Shown here piece after piece: positions 49,251 through 49,360 of a stretch of 49,360 nucleotides of DNA (position 1 is its first letter; each line of letters opens with the position of its first letter). Below the pieces are notes generated by a model that saw only the letters and a list, made by a program, of their open reading frames with translations, made no database searches and was not told the DNA's origin. The DNA is from Octopus bimaculoides (lineage: Eukaryota): positions 54,715,647-54,765,006 of the forward strand of contig NC_068996.1 of the NCBI RefSeq assembly GCF_001194135.2, in the 5' to 3' direction. The position numbers and the translations under genes were made by a program.

Positions 49251-49360
49251 AATAAATATTTATTGTTGTTGATCAGTTTGGAGTTTCTGCGTTCAGTTCT
49301 CTTCCAATTTAATGTAGGAAAGTTAGGTGTATATCTAAATATATATAACCCACTCTCCTA

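Overview
AT-rich, repeat-saturated eukaryotic DNA from a gapped draft assembly, with about 13 N-runs, most of them next to (TA)n or (CA)n tracts. The repeat complement points to an octopus (coleoid cephalopod); this is inference, not a database result. It includes RTE-type LINEs with (GAT)n tails, tRNA-derived SINEs with internal microsatellites, and mariner relics. Most ORFs in the supplied track are microsatellite, N-gap or transposon artefacts. Supported content: (1) many decayed RTE LINE fragments of one family in both orientations; (2) a separate GC-rich, near full-length but disabled RTE/BovB-like LINE (~41.9-45.4 kb) with APE endonuclease, RT and a C-terminal C2H2 finger; (3) four mariner relics, two of them foldback palindromes; (4) several tRNA-SINE families; (5) a few candidate minus-strand host exons, best at 17627-17786 (predicted TM helix) and 10248-10312, suggesting an unidentified gene of ~39 kb with a CpG-retaining 5' region near 40.8-41.0 kb. 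The most striking element is a tRNA-Arg-like SINE whose body carries a minimal type I hammerhead ribozyme. It occurs as a head-to-head palindromic pair at 45689-46200: one copy keeps the Pol III boxes but has a G12A core mutation, and the other keeps the ribozyme core but has lost the boxes. The window also has many close inverted repeats that could form long dsRNA. No CRISPR array, rRNA or bona fide tRNA gene is supported.
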